Of a DNA stretch of 64,000 bases, positions 14,567 to 27,677 are shown one piece after another. The first letter of the stretch is position 1. Each line of letters begins with the position of its first letter. The stretch lies in the NCBI GenBank assembly GCA_964016885.1, contig OZ024747.1:47058001-47122000 (forward strand), read 5' to 3'. Under the pieces are notes generated by a model. It was not told where the DNA came from. It saw nothing but the letters and a program-made list of their open reading frames with translations, and made no database searches. The translations under genes were made by a program, and so were the position numbers. Origin of the DNA: Eledone cirrhosa (Eukaryota).

Positions 14567-14603
<37 letters not shown>

Positions 14604-14830
14604 GACACACATTTATATATATATATATATATTTGAGTGTGTGTGTGCGCGCGTGTGTGTATTCGTGACTGTGTGTATCTATACGTGTGCGTGTGTCTGT
14701 GTTTGAATGTGTATTTTCTTGGATATTAGTTTTTCAATGGACAGAGGTCCTACAGATAATTGATTTTATAATTCATATCATATCTAGGCACACGCACACT
14801 CAGTTTTAATATCTAAATACAGACAGGCAA

Positions 14831-14900
<70 letters not shown>

Positions 14901-14954
14901 CGTTTCTGAATTTGTTTAGCAAGATTCTTTATCTGAAATCGTGTGTTGAAACCG

Positions 14955-15469
14955 ATATTGTTATACTTTGGGAGGGTCATGTTGCCAATAAGAAACACAC
15001 GCACCAGTTGCTTTCACTTCAATTTAATTTATTAAATATTTATAAATTTACAAATTTATAAATTTCTGGTTGGTTGGTTGGTTCCACAACCAGATAGTTG
15101 TTTATATATATATAGTCATAGTTCTTTCGTCACACACTCTGTGACCTCTTCAGTGACTGGGGATTTCTTTCTTCGTTTCTGTGCCTTTCCTTTCTTCTAT
15201 CCTACGCCATTTTTCTGAAAAATGGCGTAGGATAGAAGAAAGGAAAGGCACAGAAACGAAGAAAGAAATCCCCAGTCATTGAAGAGGTCACAGAGTGTGT
15301 GACGAAAGAACTATGACTATATATATATAAACAACTATCTGGTTGTGGAACCAACCAACCAACCAGAAATTTATAAATTTGTAAATTTATAAATATTTAA
15401 TAAATTAAATTGAAGTGAAAGCAACTGGTGCGTGTGTTTCTTATTGGCAACATGACCCTCCCAAAGTAT

Positions 15470-15477
<8 letters not shown>
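14955..15477. repeat. Near-perfect 261-bp-arm palindrome carrying mirrored HHR motifs
   Basis: Centre is tttttc-t-gaaaaa at 15216. The arms mirror out to atattgttatac / gtataacaatat. Confidence 0.97.
15114..15158 (-). ncRNA. Hammerhead-like motif (mirror copy at 15274-15318 on + has C3>T)
   Basis: Reverse complement reads agtca-CTGAAGA-g-gtcaca gagtg tgtgac-GAAA-gaac-TA-tgact. Confidence 0.6.
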
Positions 15478-15515
<38 letters not shown>

Positions 15516-15625
15516 GCATAATCATACACAATAACGTATGTACGACACACTTTTCCACTAATATGCGTGTATGTGTTGTCGCTCATGACTACATTTAACG
15601 CACTCTCTATAAATACAAATACAAA

Positions 15626-15938
15626 TAATTGTTTCTACTTTTGGCAGAAGGCCAGCAATTACCCAGTACATTACTGGTACTTTATTTTATCGACTCCCGT
15701 AAGGATGAAAGGCAAAGTTAACCTCGGCGGGATTTGAACTCAGATCATAAAGGGAGGTAACTCTATGCTTCAATGCATGGCGTCCGACTCTCTACCGATA
15801 CTGCCAAATACAATTAATTATTTCTACTTTTGGCACAAGGCCAGCAATTACCCAGTACATTACTGGTACTTTATTTTATCGGACCCCGTAAGGATGAAAG
15901 GCAAAGTTAACCTCGGCGTGATTTGAACTCGGACCGTA
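15626..15938 (-). mobile_element. Two adjacent tRNA-type SINEs (family S), the second truncated
   Basis: Reverse complement of the ggcagtatcggtagag...gagttcaaatcccgccgaggttaactttgcctttcatccttacgggg..gataaaataaagtaccagt consensus. Confidence 0.85.
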
Positions 15939-16597
15939 ATATGCGAAGATGCGTTCGCGCGCATATTTATATGTACATGTATATATGGACACAGACATAC
16001 ACACGCACACACACACAGAGACACAGACACACACACGCACACATAATGTGTGTGTGTGTCTGTGGTGCTGAGACCAGAGATTTTACATCTCTCCCTCTTT
16101 CTCTCTCGCTCACTTGGGGCCCGACGGCTGAGCTCTTTCCGCTTCAACAGCTAGTTCTAGACCCTGATCTAACTACTTTAAAACTGGCTATATCCTATAT
16201 GTATATGTGTGTATGTGTGTGCGTGTCTGTGTGTGTCTGTGTGTGTCTGTGTGTATCTATGTGTGTGTGTGGAACAAGGAAAAAAAGACAGAAGTCAGAG
16301 TTAGGTAGTTAATTAGTTCACTGTTTTACAATCGTTTCAGAGGGTCGATTGATCGGGGAATATTGATGAACCAACTACCATGGTAGTGGTTAGGTTGCTA
16401 CATATTTCTAGTCTCAAAATTCCTGTTCGAATGACCGTCTTCCTCAGAAACACTGAAATATGATTTTATTTGTTATATATATATAGATATAGATATAGAT
16501 ATAGATAGATATAGATATAGATATATATATAGGGAAAAACATATGAAATCGAAAATGCAACTGGTATCTTTTTTAAAAAAACATGTATTTATTTGGT

Positions 16598-16636
16598 TCC
16601 TTTACCGGTTTCGCAGTTCTGGTGCTTTTCAAAAGT
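16598..16636 (-). ncRNA. Hammerhead variant with U3-A8 core
   Basis: Reverse complement reads actt-TTGAAAA-gca ccagaac tgc-GAAA-ccgg-TA-aagg. The CCGG loop III is palindromic and stem I is short. Confidence 0.55.
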
Positions 16637-17495
16637 AGAATTGAGATGGAGGCTTTGTGGTTTTTCATATTTATATATATATATGTGTGTGGGTGTGTGC
16701 GTGTTTGTGTCAGGCGGGCTCACGTAGTTTGTGTGTCCCAAAGAGTGGGGAAAGAGAAGAGAGAGGAATTCGTATAAAGAATGCGTTTAGTCATCCTCAC
16801 AACACGAAATATAAACAGACCTTCTTCAACCCTTAATTTTTGATTTTTAAATTTTAATTTTAATATCAAATATATGATAGGATGAATTCGATCGAATTCG
16901 GTAATATTTTATACATTTTATAAAGCCCCGTTTTTAAAAAAGAATATACTTTAAATATACTTCCGTGCTATTTCCATTCTTACTTTTTTATCTATAACCT
17001 TTGATTTATATAGAGCCTTACCCTTATTTTGAATATATATATATATATTCAAAATAGGGAGAGCACAGAACAAAGGCAATGCAAAAAACCACGGAAAGAC
17101 TGACTGTCCCATCTCTTCAGTCAACCTCTGAAATCACAAGGGTTCATTAGCGTTGATACCTAAGTTCCAATCTAAATTACACAGCTATAGAAATCGCAAG
17201 GGCTTAGCCAAAGGAGAATAATATGGAAAGGAGATAAATAGTAAATCAGAAGAGTGTAAGGACTGTTATCCAACGTGAAGACAAAGAATAACACATGACG
17301 TAGGAAAGGTAAGAAGGGGGGAATAGGGGGAAACAGCCCGGGCAATGTGATGTCTATTATATGATAGTTTCAAAAAGAACCCGATGGGCTAAGTCTTTAG
17401 AATATATATTCAAAACAGGGAGCGCACAGGACGAAGATAATGGATAAAAACAACGGAAATACGGACAGTCCCATCTCTTATATATATATATATAT

Positions 17496-17564
<69 letters not shown>

Positions 17565-17567
<3 letters not shown>

Positions 17568-17791
17568 CGAAAGAAATGTGGTAAGGAACCAGATGGACCA
17601 TAACGCACCAAAGTACTCAATACTTAGGGTAGTAGAAATTAGCCGTTTCGAGGTCCAGAATTAGCCGTCGAAACGGCTTGAGCTCAGCCGTCGGGGTCCT
17701 ACTCGTTCCTATTACCCACTCTACTACCCTAAGTATTGAGTAGTTTGGTGCGTTATGGTCCACCTGGTTCCTTACCACATTTCCTTCGTTA
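17565..17791 (+). mobile_element. Hairpin element family A, copy 3 (tail at both ends)
   Basis: An inverted tail fragment is joined to the full arm plus tail, flanked by (TA)n. Confidence 0.9.
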
Positions 17792-17807
17792 TATATATAT
17801 ATATACA

Positions 17808-18314
17808 TGACAAAGAAGGGTTTCTCCCTGCGTACGAAAGGCCGGTTATATGAGGCCTGTGTGAGATGCGCATGGTAGTGAGGTATGGGCAGCAACTGCG
17901 GAGGATATGCAATGGCTGGAGAGAAATGAAGCAAGAATGCTCCATTGGATATGCAATGTCAATGTGCGTGAATGACCAAGGATAAATAAGTTGAAAAAGA
18001 AACTATATTCAAGAGGGATACGTTGAAGTGTGCGGTGGGAGAAGACTGCAATGGTATGGACATGTGATGCGCATGGAGGATGTCCGCTGAGTAGTGCCAA
18101 GAAATCCCAGTAGAAGGAAGACGCAGTATAGGAAGACCAGGAAAAAAATAGGCGCAGGTGGTGAGAGCAGACATCAGATCGCTGAAGCTCACGGAGGTGA
18201 TGACGAAGTACCGTGACACGTGGAGAAATGATGTGCTGAATAGGGCCCGTTCCACCCTTGCAAGCAGGGAAAAACGCGCGTAAAATGATGATGATGATGA
18301 TGATGATGATGATT
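17808..18314 (+). mobile_element. RTE-clade LINE 3' fragment with (GAT)n tail
   Basis: Broken frames read KGFSLRTKGRLYEACVR, LERNEARMLHWICNV, RRLQWYGHVMRM and EGRRSIGRPGKK, typical of RTE C-termini. It ends in (atg)n. Confidence 0.75.
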
Positions 18315-18621
18315 ATATATATATATATATATATTTTTTATTAATTATTTCATTGAACCAAATGCAGTATAATTTGGACACCCTGTATGTATGTATGTAT
18401 GTATGTATGTATGTATGTATGTATGTATGTATGTATGTATGTATGTATGTATGTATGTATGTATGTATGTATGTATGTATTTATGTATATATCTATTCCT
18501 TGTATCTATACGCGTGTAGAGATACATATATACTTTCTCATTTTATATATATAATGAAACAATTGTTAATACTATAAATAAAAGCCTTTTTGTACAGCCG
18601 ACCATGTTGTTCTTCAATCTT

Positions 18622-18696
<75 letters not shown>

Positions 18697-18699
18697 GTA

Positions 18700-18886
<187 letters not shown>

Positions 18887-18897
18887 GTATATATGTG

Positions 18898-18998
<101 letters not shown>

Positions 18999-19030
18999 GT
19001 TCTCAGTATGGTGAACTGTTGTGTAACCAC

Positions 19031-19106
<76 letters not shown>

Positions 19107-19282
19107 GAACAAGAAAACTACTTGCACACAGCCACTACTGTAATTTCTGTCAAGATAAGAATCTCTGTATCACTGCCGTTTACCATTCCAACTTCACCCC
19201 GCTCCCTCATATTCGATCTGTCACTAAGTCAATAATAGTCATGTCCACATTCATGTTTTACTGATATTGAAGGGTTCACTCT

Positions 19283-20038
19283 TCACACAAACAGACAATC
19301 TCACACAAACACACACACAAACAGACAATCACACACAAACACACAAACAAACAGACAATCACACACAAACACACAAACAAACAGACAATCACACACAAAC
19401 ACACAAACAAATAGACAATCACACAAACAGACAATCACACGAACAAACAGAGAATCATACAAACACACACACAAACAGACAATCACACACAAACACACAA
19501 ACAAACAGACAATCACACAAACACACACACAAACAGACAATCACACACAAACACACACACTAACAGACATTCACATACAAACACACACACAAACAGACAA
19601 TCACAAACAAACACACACACAAACAGACAATCACACACAAACAAACACACACACAAACAGACAATCGCACACAAACAAACACACACACAAACAGACAATC
19701 ACACACAAACAAACACACAAACAGACAATCACACACAAACAAACACACAAACAGACATTCACATACAAACACACACACAAACACACAAACAAACAGACAA
19801 TCACACAAAAACACGCACACAAACAGACAATCACACACAAACACACACACAAACAGATATTCACATACAAACACGCACACAAACACACACAGAAACAGAC
19901 AATCACACACAAACACACGCACAAACAGACAATCACACACAAACACACACAAACAGACAATCACACACAAACACACAAAAACACACAAACAAACAGACAA
20001 TCACACACAAACACACACAAACAGACAATCACACACAA

Positions 20039-20070
<32 letters not shown>

Positions 20071-21745
20071 ACAATCACACACAAACACACAGACAAATAG
20101 ACAATCACACAAACTCACACACAAACAGACAATCACACACAAACACACACACAAACAGATATTCACATACAAACACGCACACAAACACACACACAAACAG
20201 ACAATCACACACAAACACACAAACAAACAGACAATTACACAAACACACACAAAAACAGACAATCACACACAAACACACAAACAAACAGACAATCACACAA
20301 ACACACACGCAAACAGACAATCACACACAAACACACACACAAACAGACAATCACACACAAACAAACACACACACAAACAGACAATCACACACAAACACAC
20401 AAACAAACAGACAATCACACACAAACAGACATTCGGATACAAACACACACACAAACAGATATTCACATACAAACACGCACACAAACACGCACACAAACAG
20501 GCAATCACACACAAACGCACACAAACAGATAATCACACACAAACACACACACAAACAAACAGATATTCACACACAAACACACACAAACACACACAAACAG
20601 ACAATCACAAACAAACAAACACACACACAAACAGACAATCACACACAAACACACAAACAAACAGACAATCACACAAACACACACAGAAACAGACAATCAC
20701 ACACAAACACACACACAAACAGATATTCACATACAAACACACACAAACAAACAATCACACACAAACACACACACAAACAGATATTCACATACAAACACAC
20801 ACAAACAGACAATCACACACAAACACACACACAAACAGATATTCACATACAAACACACACAAACAGACAATCACACACAAACACACACACAAACAGATAT
20901 TCACATACAAACACACACAAACAGACAATCACACACAAACACACAAACAAACAGACAATCACACAAACACACACAGAAACAGACAATCACACACAAACAC
21001 ACACACAAACAGATATTCACATACAAACACACACAACCAGACAATCACACACAAACACACACACAAACAGATATTCACATACAAACACACACAAACAGAC
21101 AATCACACAAACACACACACAAACAGATATTCACATACAAACACACACAAACAGACAATCACACACAAACACACACACAAACAGACAATCACACACAAAC
21201 ACATACACAGATATTCACATAAAAACACACACAAACAGACAATCACACACAAACACACACAAACAGACAATCACACACAAACACACACACAAACAGACAA
21301 TCACACACAAACACACACACAAACAGATATTCACATACAAACACACACAAACAGACAATCACACACAAACACACACACAAACAGACAATCACACACAAAC
21401 ACACACACAAACAGATATTCACATACAAACACACACAAACAGACAATCACACACAAACACACACAAACAGAAAATCACACACAAACACACACACAAACAG
21501 ACAATCACACACAAACACACACACAAACAGACAATCACACACACACACATACACACACAAACAGACAATCACACACAAACACATACACAAACAGACAATC
21601 ACACACAAACACACACAAACAGACAATCACACACAAACACACACACAAACAGACAATCACACACAAACAGACAATCACACACAAACACGCACACAAACAG
21701 ACAATCACACACAAACACACAAACATATAATCACATACAAACACG
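19283..21745. repeat. 2.5-kb complex minisatellite (~28-32-bp acaaacagacaatcacac.. units with acagatattcacatac variants)
   Basis: Direct inspection. Variant units alternate at 20690-21450. Confidence 0.95.
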
Positions 21746-21890
21746 GACAAACATACTCGCAGATATAAATCTATTAGATAAAGAAAAAAGTGTAACCAAG
21801 CGCCTAGACAGTGAGCAACAAGTATTACAAATGTAACCCCACATAAACGTTGTATGTGTATGTGTGTGTATATATATATATATACACACA

Positions 21891-21958
<68 letters not shown>

Positions 21959-21960
<2 letters not shown>

Positions 21961-22151
21961 GGAAAAGAGTCAGGACCCCGACGGCTGAGCTCCGGCCGTT
22001 CCGACAGCCTGATCCGAATCTAGCCGTCGAAACGGCCGGAGCTCTGCTGTCGGGGTCCTGACTCTTTTTTCCTACTACACACTCTACTATCCTAAGCATC
22101 GAGTACTCTGGTGCGTTATGATCCACCTGGTTTCTTACCACACTTTCTTTG

Positions 22152-22154
<3 letters not shown>
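21959..22154 (+). mobile_element. Hairpin element family A, copy 4 (divergent subfamily)
   Basis: gagtcaggaccccgac / gtcggggtcctgactc arms plus the shared tail. Confidence 0.85.
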
Positions 22155-22186
<32 letters not shown>

Positions 22187-22250
22187 GGAAAAATTTGAAC
22201 AGGAACAAAACAGAGAGGCAGTACAACGAATGTTTATTAATTTCACGCCA

Positions 22251-22440
22251 GGGGCGGTGGATTGGCAGTATCGGTAGAAGGTCGGACGCCATGCTTTCCA
22301 GCATAGTTACGTCCCTTTACGATCTGAGTTCAAATCCCGCCGAGGTTTACTTTGCCTTTCATCCTTACGGGGTCGATAAAATAAAGTACCAGTAATGTAC
22401 TGGGATAATTGCTGGCCTTGTGCCAAAAGTAGAAACAATT
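22251..22440 (+). mobile_element. tRNA-type SINE (family S)
   Basis: A-box-like tggcagtatcgg, B-box gagttcaaatccc, and the conserved body and tail. Confidence 0.9.
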
Positions 22441-22476
22441 AATTTCACGCTCTGGAGAGTGGGGTGGTGGTGGGGA

Positions 22477-22508
22477 ACGACGTTTCGGGCATAAGCCCTT
22501 CTTCAGGT
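22477..22508 (-). ncRNA. Minimal PLE-type hammerhead core
   Basis: Reverse complement reads CTGAAGA-a-gggc ttat gccc-GAAA-cg-TC. Stem I is only about 2 bp. Confidence 0.55.
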
Positions 22509-22701
22509 GAGAAGTGTGTGGGAGCAGAGTTCAAAGGGTGTGTAGGGGAGTGGTGGAGAGACATATAGCGAAAGGAAACGGTGCGAATGAAAATAAAAAT
22601 ATAAATAAAAATAAAAATAAAAATAAAAATAAAAATAAAAATAAAAATAAAAATAAAAATAAAAATAAAAATAAAAATGTATATATATATATATACATAT
22701 A

Positions 22702-22900
22702 TAACGAAGGAAATGTGGTAAGGAACCAGGTGGACCATAACGCACCAAAGTACTCAATACTTGAGGTAGTAGAGTGGGTAATAGGAACCAGTAAGACCCC
22801 GACAGCTGAGCTCAAGCCGTTTCGACGGCTAATTCTGGACTAGTCCAGAATTAGCCGTCGAAACGGCTTGAGCTCAGCTGTCGGGGTCTTACTGGTTCCA
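22702..22900 (-). mobile_element. Hairpin element family A, copy 5 (perfect hairpin)
   Basis: ggaaccagtaagaccccgacagctgagctcaagccgtttcgacggctaattctggac-ta-gtccagaattagccgtcgaaacggcttgagctcagctgtcggggtcttactggttcc. Confidence 0.92.
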
Positions 22901-23082
22901 TATATACATATATATATATATGTGTGTGTGTGCGTGTGTGGGTGTGTGTAGGGAGAGAGAGAGACGGTGGTGACAAAGCTGAAGCTTCTACTCTTTACCA
23001 TCCAGCAGTGACTGCTCACTCAGTTAATGTTTGGGAATTTGAAATACTACGGCATTTTAAACACATACTCTTATATTTATAT

Positions 23083-23141
<59 letters not shown>

Positions 23142-23201
23142 TATACAGAAGAAATATATATATAAAAGAAGAAATTAAAAGATGATTTAAAAAGTTCCTT
23201 A

Positions 23202-23271
23202 TATTTTATTATGCGTATTTCGAAAACAGCATTATCCTGGGACAAAAATTGTGTTCTCATCAGATAAAATA
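23202..23271 (-). ncRNA. Type I hammerhead ribozyme motif
   Basis: Reverse complement reads tattttat-CTGATGA-gaaca...tgttttc-GAAA-tacgca-TA-ataaaata, with a perfect 8-bp stem I. Confidence 0.75.
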
Positions 23272-23864
23272 AGGTAACATGATATGAGGCCTCAAAACAC
23301 TTGTCAACAGGAAAGTGCAAAGTCTACATATGACAGAAATATAAGAGTAAGAAAAAGATAGGAAAATAGAAGAAAAGGAAAGAAGAAGGAGAAAAAGGAA
23401 AAAGAAAGAGAAGAGAGGAAAAAAGGAAAAAAGGAAAGAGGGAAGAGAGAGAAAGAGAAAGAGAGAGAGTGAGAGAGTTTTGATCAGGAACGCTGTCAAA
23501 ATGAAACAAGCTGTAAATAACGGTTAAAAAGTAAATTGATGAGGTGTATGTGCGAATATTATAGATGGTATTCAAATATTAGAGGTCTAAAATATAGAAA
23601 CTGGGTATATTATTTTATATTGGGTTTAAATAATAAAAATTGGATTAAGAAGTGAAAAAATGTATTAATAAAATAAAATAAAATTAAATTAAAATAAGTA
23701 TAAAAAAGGTTTTTAAAATAAAAAAATAAAAATAGTCTATCTTTGTCAAAATTAAAAATTTCTATTAAAAATCAATATATGTGGCGTATACTATTTAATT
23801 ATTATTTAATATCAACAAGAAAAATACAAGAAAAATTCCCCCTTTATATATGATGAGAAAACTA

Positions 23865-24015
23865 AATTAATACATTGTAGAATATAATGAAATATGTGTA
23901 AAAAATATGTGTAAAAAATTAACCGTTATTCGTGGAATATATATTCCGCGAATAACGGTTAATTCTTTACACATATTTTTACACATATTTCATTATATTC
24001 TACAATGTATTAATT
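23865..24015. repeat. ~75-bp-arm palindrome
   Basis: Centre is ggaatatatattcc. Arms are aattaatacattgtagaatataatgaaatatgtg.. and ..cacatatttcattatattctacaatgtattaatt. Confidence 0.92.
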
Positions 24016-24131
24016 AATATGCATAGTTTATATATATATATATATATATATGCATAGAATATATATATGAATAGATATATTCAGAGTTTTATTGTTCTAC
24101 AATATTACTCACCTTCTACATATATATATAT

Positions 24132-24287
24132 GAACAAGTATGACCCCGACGGCAGAGCTCTAAGCCGTTTCGATGGCTGTTTCTGGAAATAGCCGTCATA
24201 CTTGTTCTTATTACCCACTCTACTACACTAAGTATTGAGTACTTTGGTGCGTTATGGTCCATCTGGTTCCTTACCACAATTCCTTCG

Positions 24288-24290
<3 letters not shown>
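24132..24290 (+). mobile_element. Hairpin element family A, copy 6 (deleted)
   Basis: gaacaagtatgac / gtcatacttgttc arms plus the shared tail. Confidence 0.85.
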
Positions 24291-24352
<62 letters not shown>

Positions 24353-24355
<3 letters not shown>

Positions 24356-24645
24356 GGGACTCGTTTGCCTTTAAAATGTGAGGGGGGACAAACCGACATT
24401 TGCTGATTCTTAAAGGAGCATGTTCGTATTGCTTATGATGCCTTTCCTGGGCCCTATTACATAAGTAAAGTTTTATGCTAATTAAATTTCATATATTCAA
24501 ATGAAGTTCAGATATAAAAAAATAAGCTTTAAAAGAATTTATTATATCAGATAAACAAAAAAACAAAAGATGTTTTGTCCCCCCGTTCTTGAAAAAGTGG
24601 GGAGGGGGACTTGTCCCCTGGTACGCTCCTGAAACAAGGCCCCTC
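24353..24645. mobile_element. Putative MITE inserted at TA
   Basis: Imperfect TIRs caggggactcgttt / aaacaaggcccctc, subterminal ggggggac / gtccccc motifs, and TA flanks. Confidence 0.5.
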
Positions 24646-24654
24646 TATAATACA

Positions 24655-24693
<39 letters not shown>

Positions 24694-24759
24694 GTATGAA
24701 TATATATATGTCTGTGTGTGTGTATGTATATATATATGTATGAATATATATATATATAC

Positions 24760-24819
<60 letters not shown>

Positions 24820-24829
24820 ATGTGTGTGT

Positions 24830-24952
<123 letters not shown>

Positions 24953-24977
24953 AAATTGTGACACACGAGTTGATATA

Positions 24978-25667
24978 TATATAAACAAATAGTAAAAAGG
25001 AAAAAAATACGCTAGAAAATACTGGAGGGATTTTTTTCAGTATAATATCAAAACATTTATTTATAAAGTAGGTATTTCCGCATTTAATCGTGGTACCGGT
25101 TTCAGCATTATATGCTTTTTCAACGGCGGAAGTGCGGACTGTAGTTAAATTGCATATTTATACAAATAATAATAAAATTATTAGTTTTTACATACATATT
25201 TACAGATACATATTTACGTTTTAGCTTTGAATCTCGCCAATGTCATCCGTCTTTTTCATCCTTCATGGGCCCATAATATAGTTGGTAGCCTTCCCGTAAT
25301 AGAATTGATGAAATCTCCTTTCTTCATTTCCCTGAATCTGGAAGTTTGTGCTGAAGATAGAATTACTATTTCAGTCATTCTGAATCTTTTTCGTGGCAAA
25401 ATTATAAAGTCTACGTTGACTATTTCTGAGATAAAACAATTTAAGATTCGAAGCTAAAACATAAATATGCATGTAAAAACTAATAATTTTTCATCTTCAT
25501 TTAATTATTATTCGTATAAATATGCAATTTAACTGCACTTAACACTTCCATCGTTGATAAAGTATATAATGCTGAAACCGGTACCACGATTAATTGCGGA
25601 AATCCCCACTTTTTAAATAAAAATGTTTTGATATTATACTGAAAAAATGTTTTCCTTATTACTATTT

Positions 25668-25675
<8 letters not shown>
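24978..25675. mobile_element. Element with diverged ~220-bp inverted arms, each with a U3-A8 HHR-like motif
   Basis: ttttttcagtataatatcaaaacat..ggtaccggtttcagc.. is mirrored at 25440-25675. The + arm reads TTGATAA-agtat ata atgct-GAAA-ccgg-TA. Confidence 0.7.
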
Positions 25676-25749
<74 letters not shown>

Positions 25750-26002
25750 TTATCTAACCTCCCATATTATATATCCTCCTAATGTTCTTGTGCCAAGGTT
25801 TTGATATTGTATTTGTGTTTGACTTTTGTTATCAACTCCCATGATACCGCCCTTGTGCTAGGATGGAACGATCGTAGGTGACTAAATATTTTAAACACTC
25901 TTTGATTGTAATTTACATTGTAATTCGGCTCTGTAGCATGCTTGTTATTTTACATCGAGCTATTTTCATACTTGTAACTGAATAATATTTATTATTACCC
26001 AC

Positions 26003-26055
<53 letters not shown>

Positions 26056-26058
<3 letters not shown>

Positions 26059-26615
26059 CAAGGTTTAGCAAATAAGAAAAGGTTTTAAAATAAATTTCAA
26101 AAAGTTCACTGTACCTGCTGTAGTTACTCTTACCGTACGGTTTCAAGTCTCAAAATAAATGGATAATCCATGCGGAAAACCATTGAAAAGGAAGACTCTC
26201 GTCAGAGGGTTCTTTTCACTCGGGGAATATAAAATTCCCGAGTTCAAATCACGAACTGGCGCTATTCAAAATTGTTCCCGAGATGAGAGTGAATGACAGA
26301 GAAGCAATTCTGTCCAGTGCCGTGTGCAAAGATAGAAGGCAGAGGCGGAAAGGTCAATCTACTGTCACTAGAAATAACAGCAGTTAAAACGACCAAAATG
26401 TTATCTCGACCAGGGGAGATTAATAATAATAAAGTATGTTTCCCTACATGCAAAATAAATATAGCGACACATGTACTATCCAACCGTATGCCAATGTGGT
26501 TCTATGGCAAGTTAATAAATTAACGAGCCAGAACATATATAATCAAGATTTAGCAAATAAGAAAAAGTTTTTAAATAAATTTTTAAAAATTCACTGTACC
26601 TGCTATAGTTACCCT
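26056..26615 (-). mobile_element. Retrozyme-like non-coding element: 485-nt unit plus 75-nt terminal redundancy
   Basis: Direct repeats at 26056-26130 and 26541-26615 (period 485), an internal HHR, (TA)n on both sides, and no meaningful ORF. Confidence 0.75.
26126..26210 (-). ncRNA. Type I hammerhead ribozyme with extended loop II
   Basis: Reverse complement reads accct-CTGACGA-gagtctt..(loop)..gagactt-GAAA-ccgtacgg-TA-agagt (agggt in the other repeat). Confidence 0.8.
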
Positions 26616-26763
26616 TATATATATACATATTTGCGTATGGAAGCGTGCGTTACTTAGTGGTTAGGGTGTTTGAATCATGACCGTAAAGTTGTATTTGATT
26701 TCGTTTTTTTATTTTTGCCCATATGTGAGCTGAATATAAAATAACCACCCATGTTTGTGCGTG

Positions 26764-27272
<509 letters not shown>

Positions 27273-27310
27273 AGATAGCAGAAAAATAGTCTTGAGATAG
27301 CAGAAAAATA

Positions 27311-27348
27311 GTCTTGACGTTTCAGACACTAGTCCTTCATCAGGAGAT
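27311..27348 (-). ncRNA. Minimal PLE-type hammerhead motif
   Basis: Reverse complement reads atctc-CTGATGA-a-ggac tagt gtct-GAAA-cg-TC-aagac. Confidence 0.6.
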
Positions 27349-27606
27349 AGAGTTTGAAATAGAAGGTAAAAAGAAAGAAATGAGTGATAAAAGGAAGGGA
27401 CGGGGAAAATGAGAAAACTAAATTGGTGAGAAAGCAAAACACACGGGCATATTCAGTCGACCATCTTGGAGAAGCGCATGAACATGCTCCCTTCACTTCC
27501 ATCAGTGCTGACAGTGAGGTCTGTGTCAAGCAAGCAGCAATCAATATATACCAACTTATATATCTATATTTATATTTTTCAGCAATGAATACATTATCTC
27601 TCTCTT

Positions 27607-27647
<41 letters not shown>

Positions 27648-27677
27648 ATATATATATATATAGATAGATATATATAT

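Noticed and set aside
16392-16452. Hammerhead on the minus strand (CTGAGGA...GAAAtatgTA)
   Set aside because: Stem pairing is poor, so it is not counted among the supported motifs.
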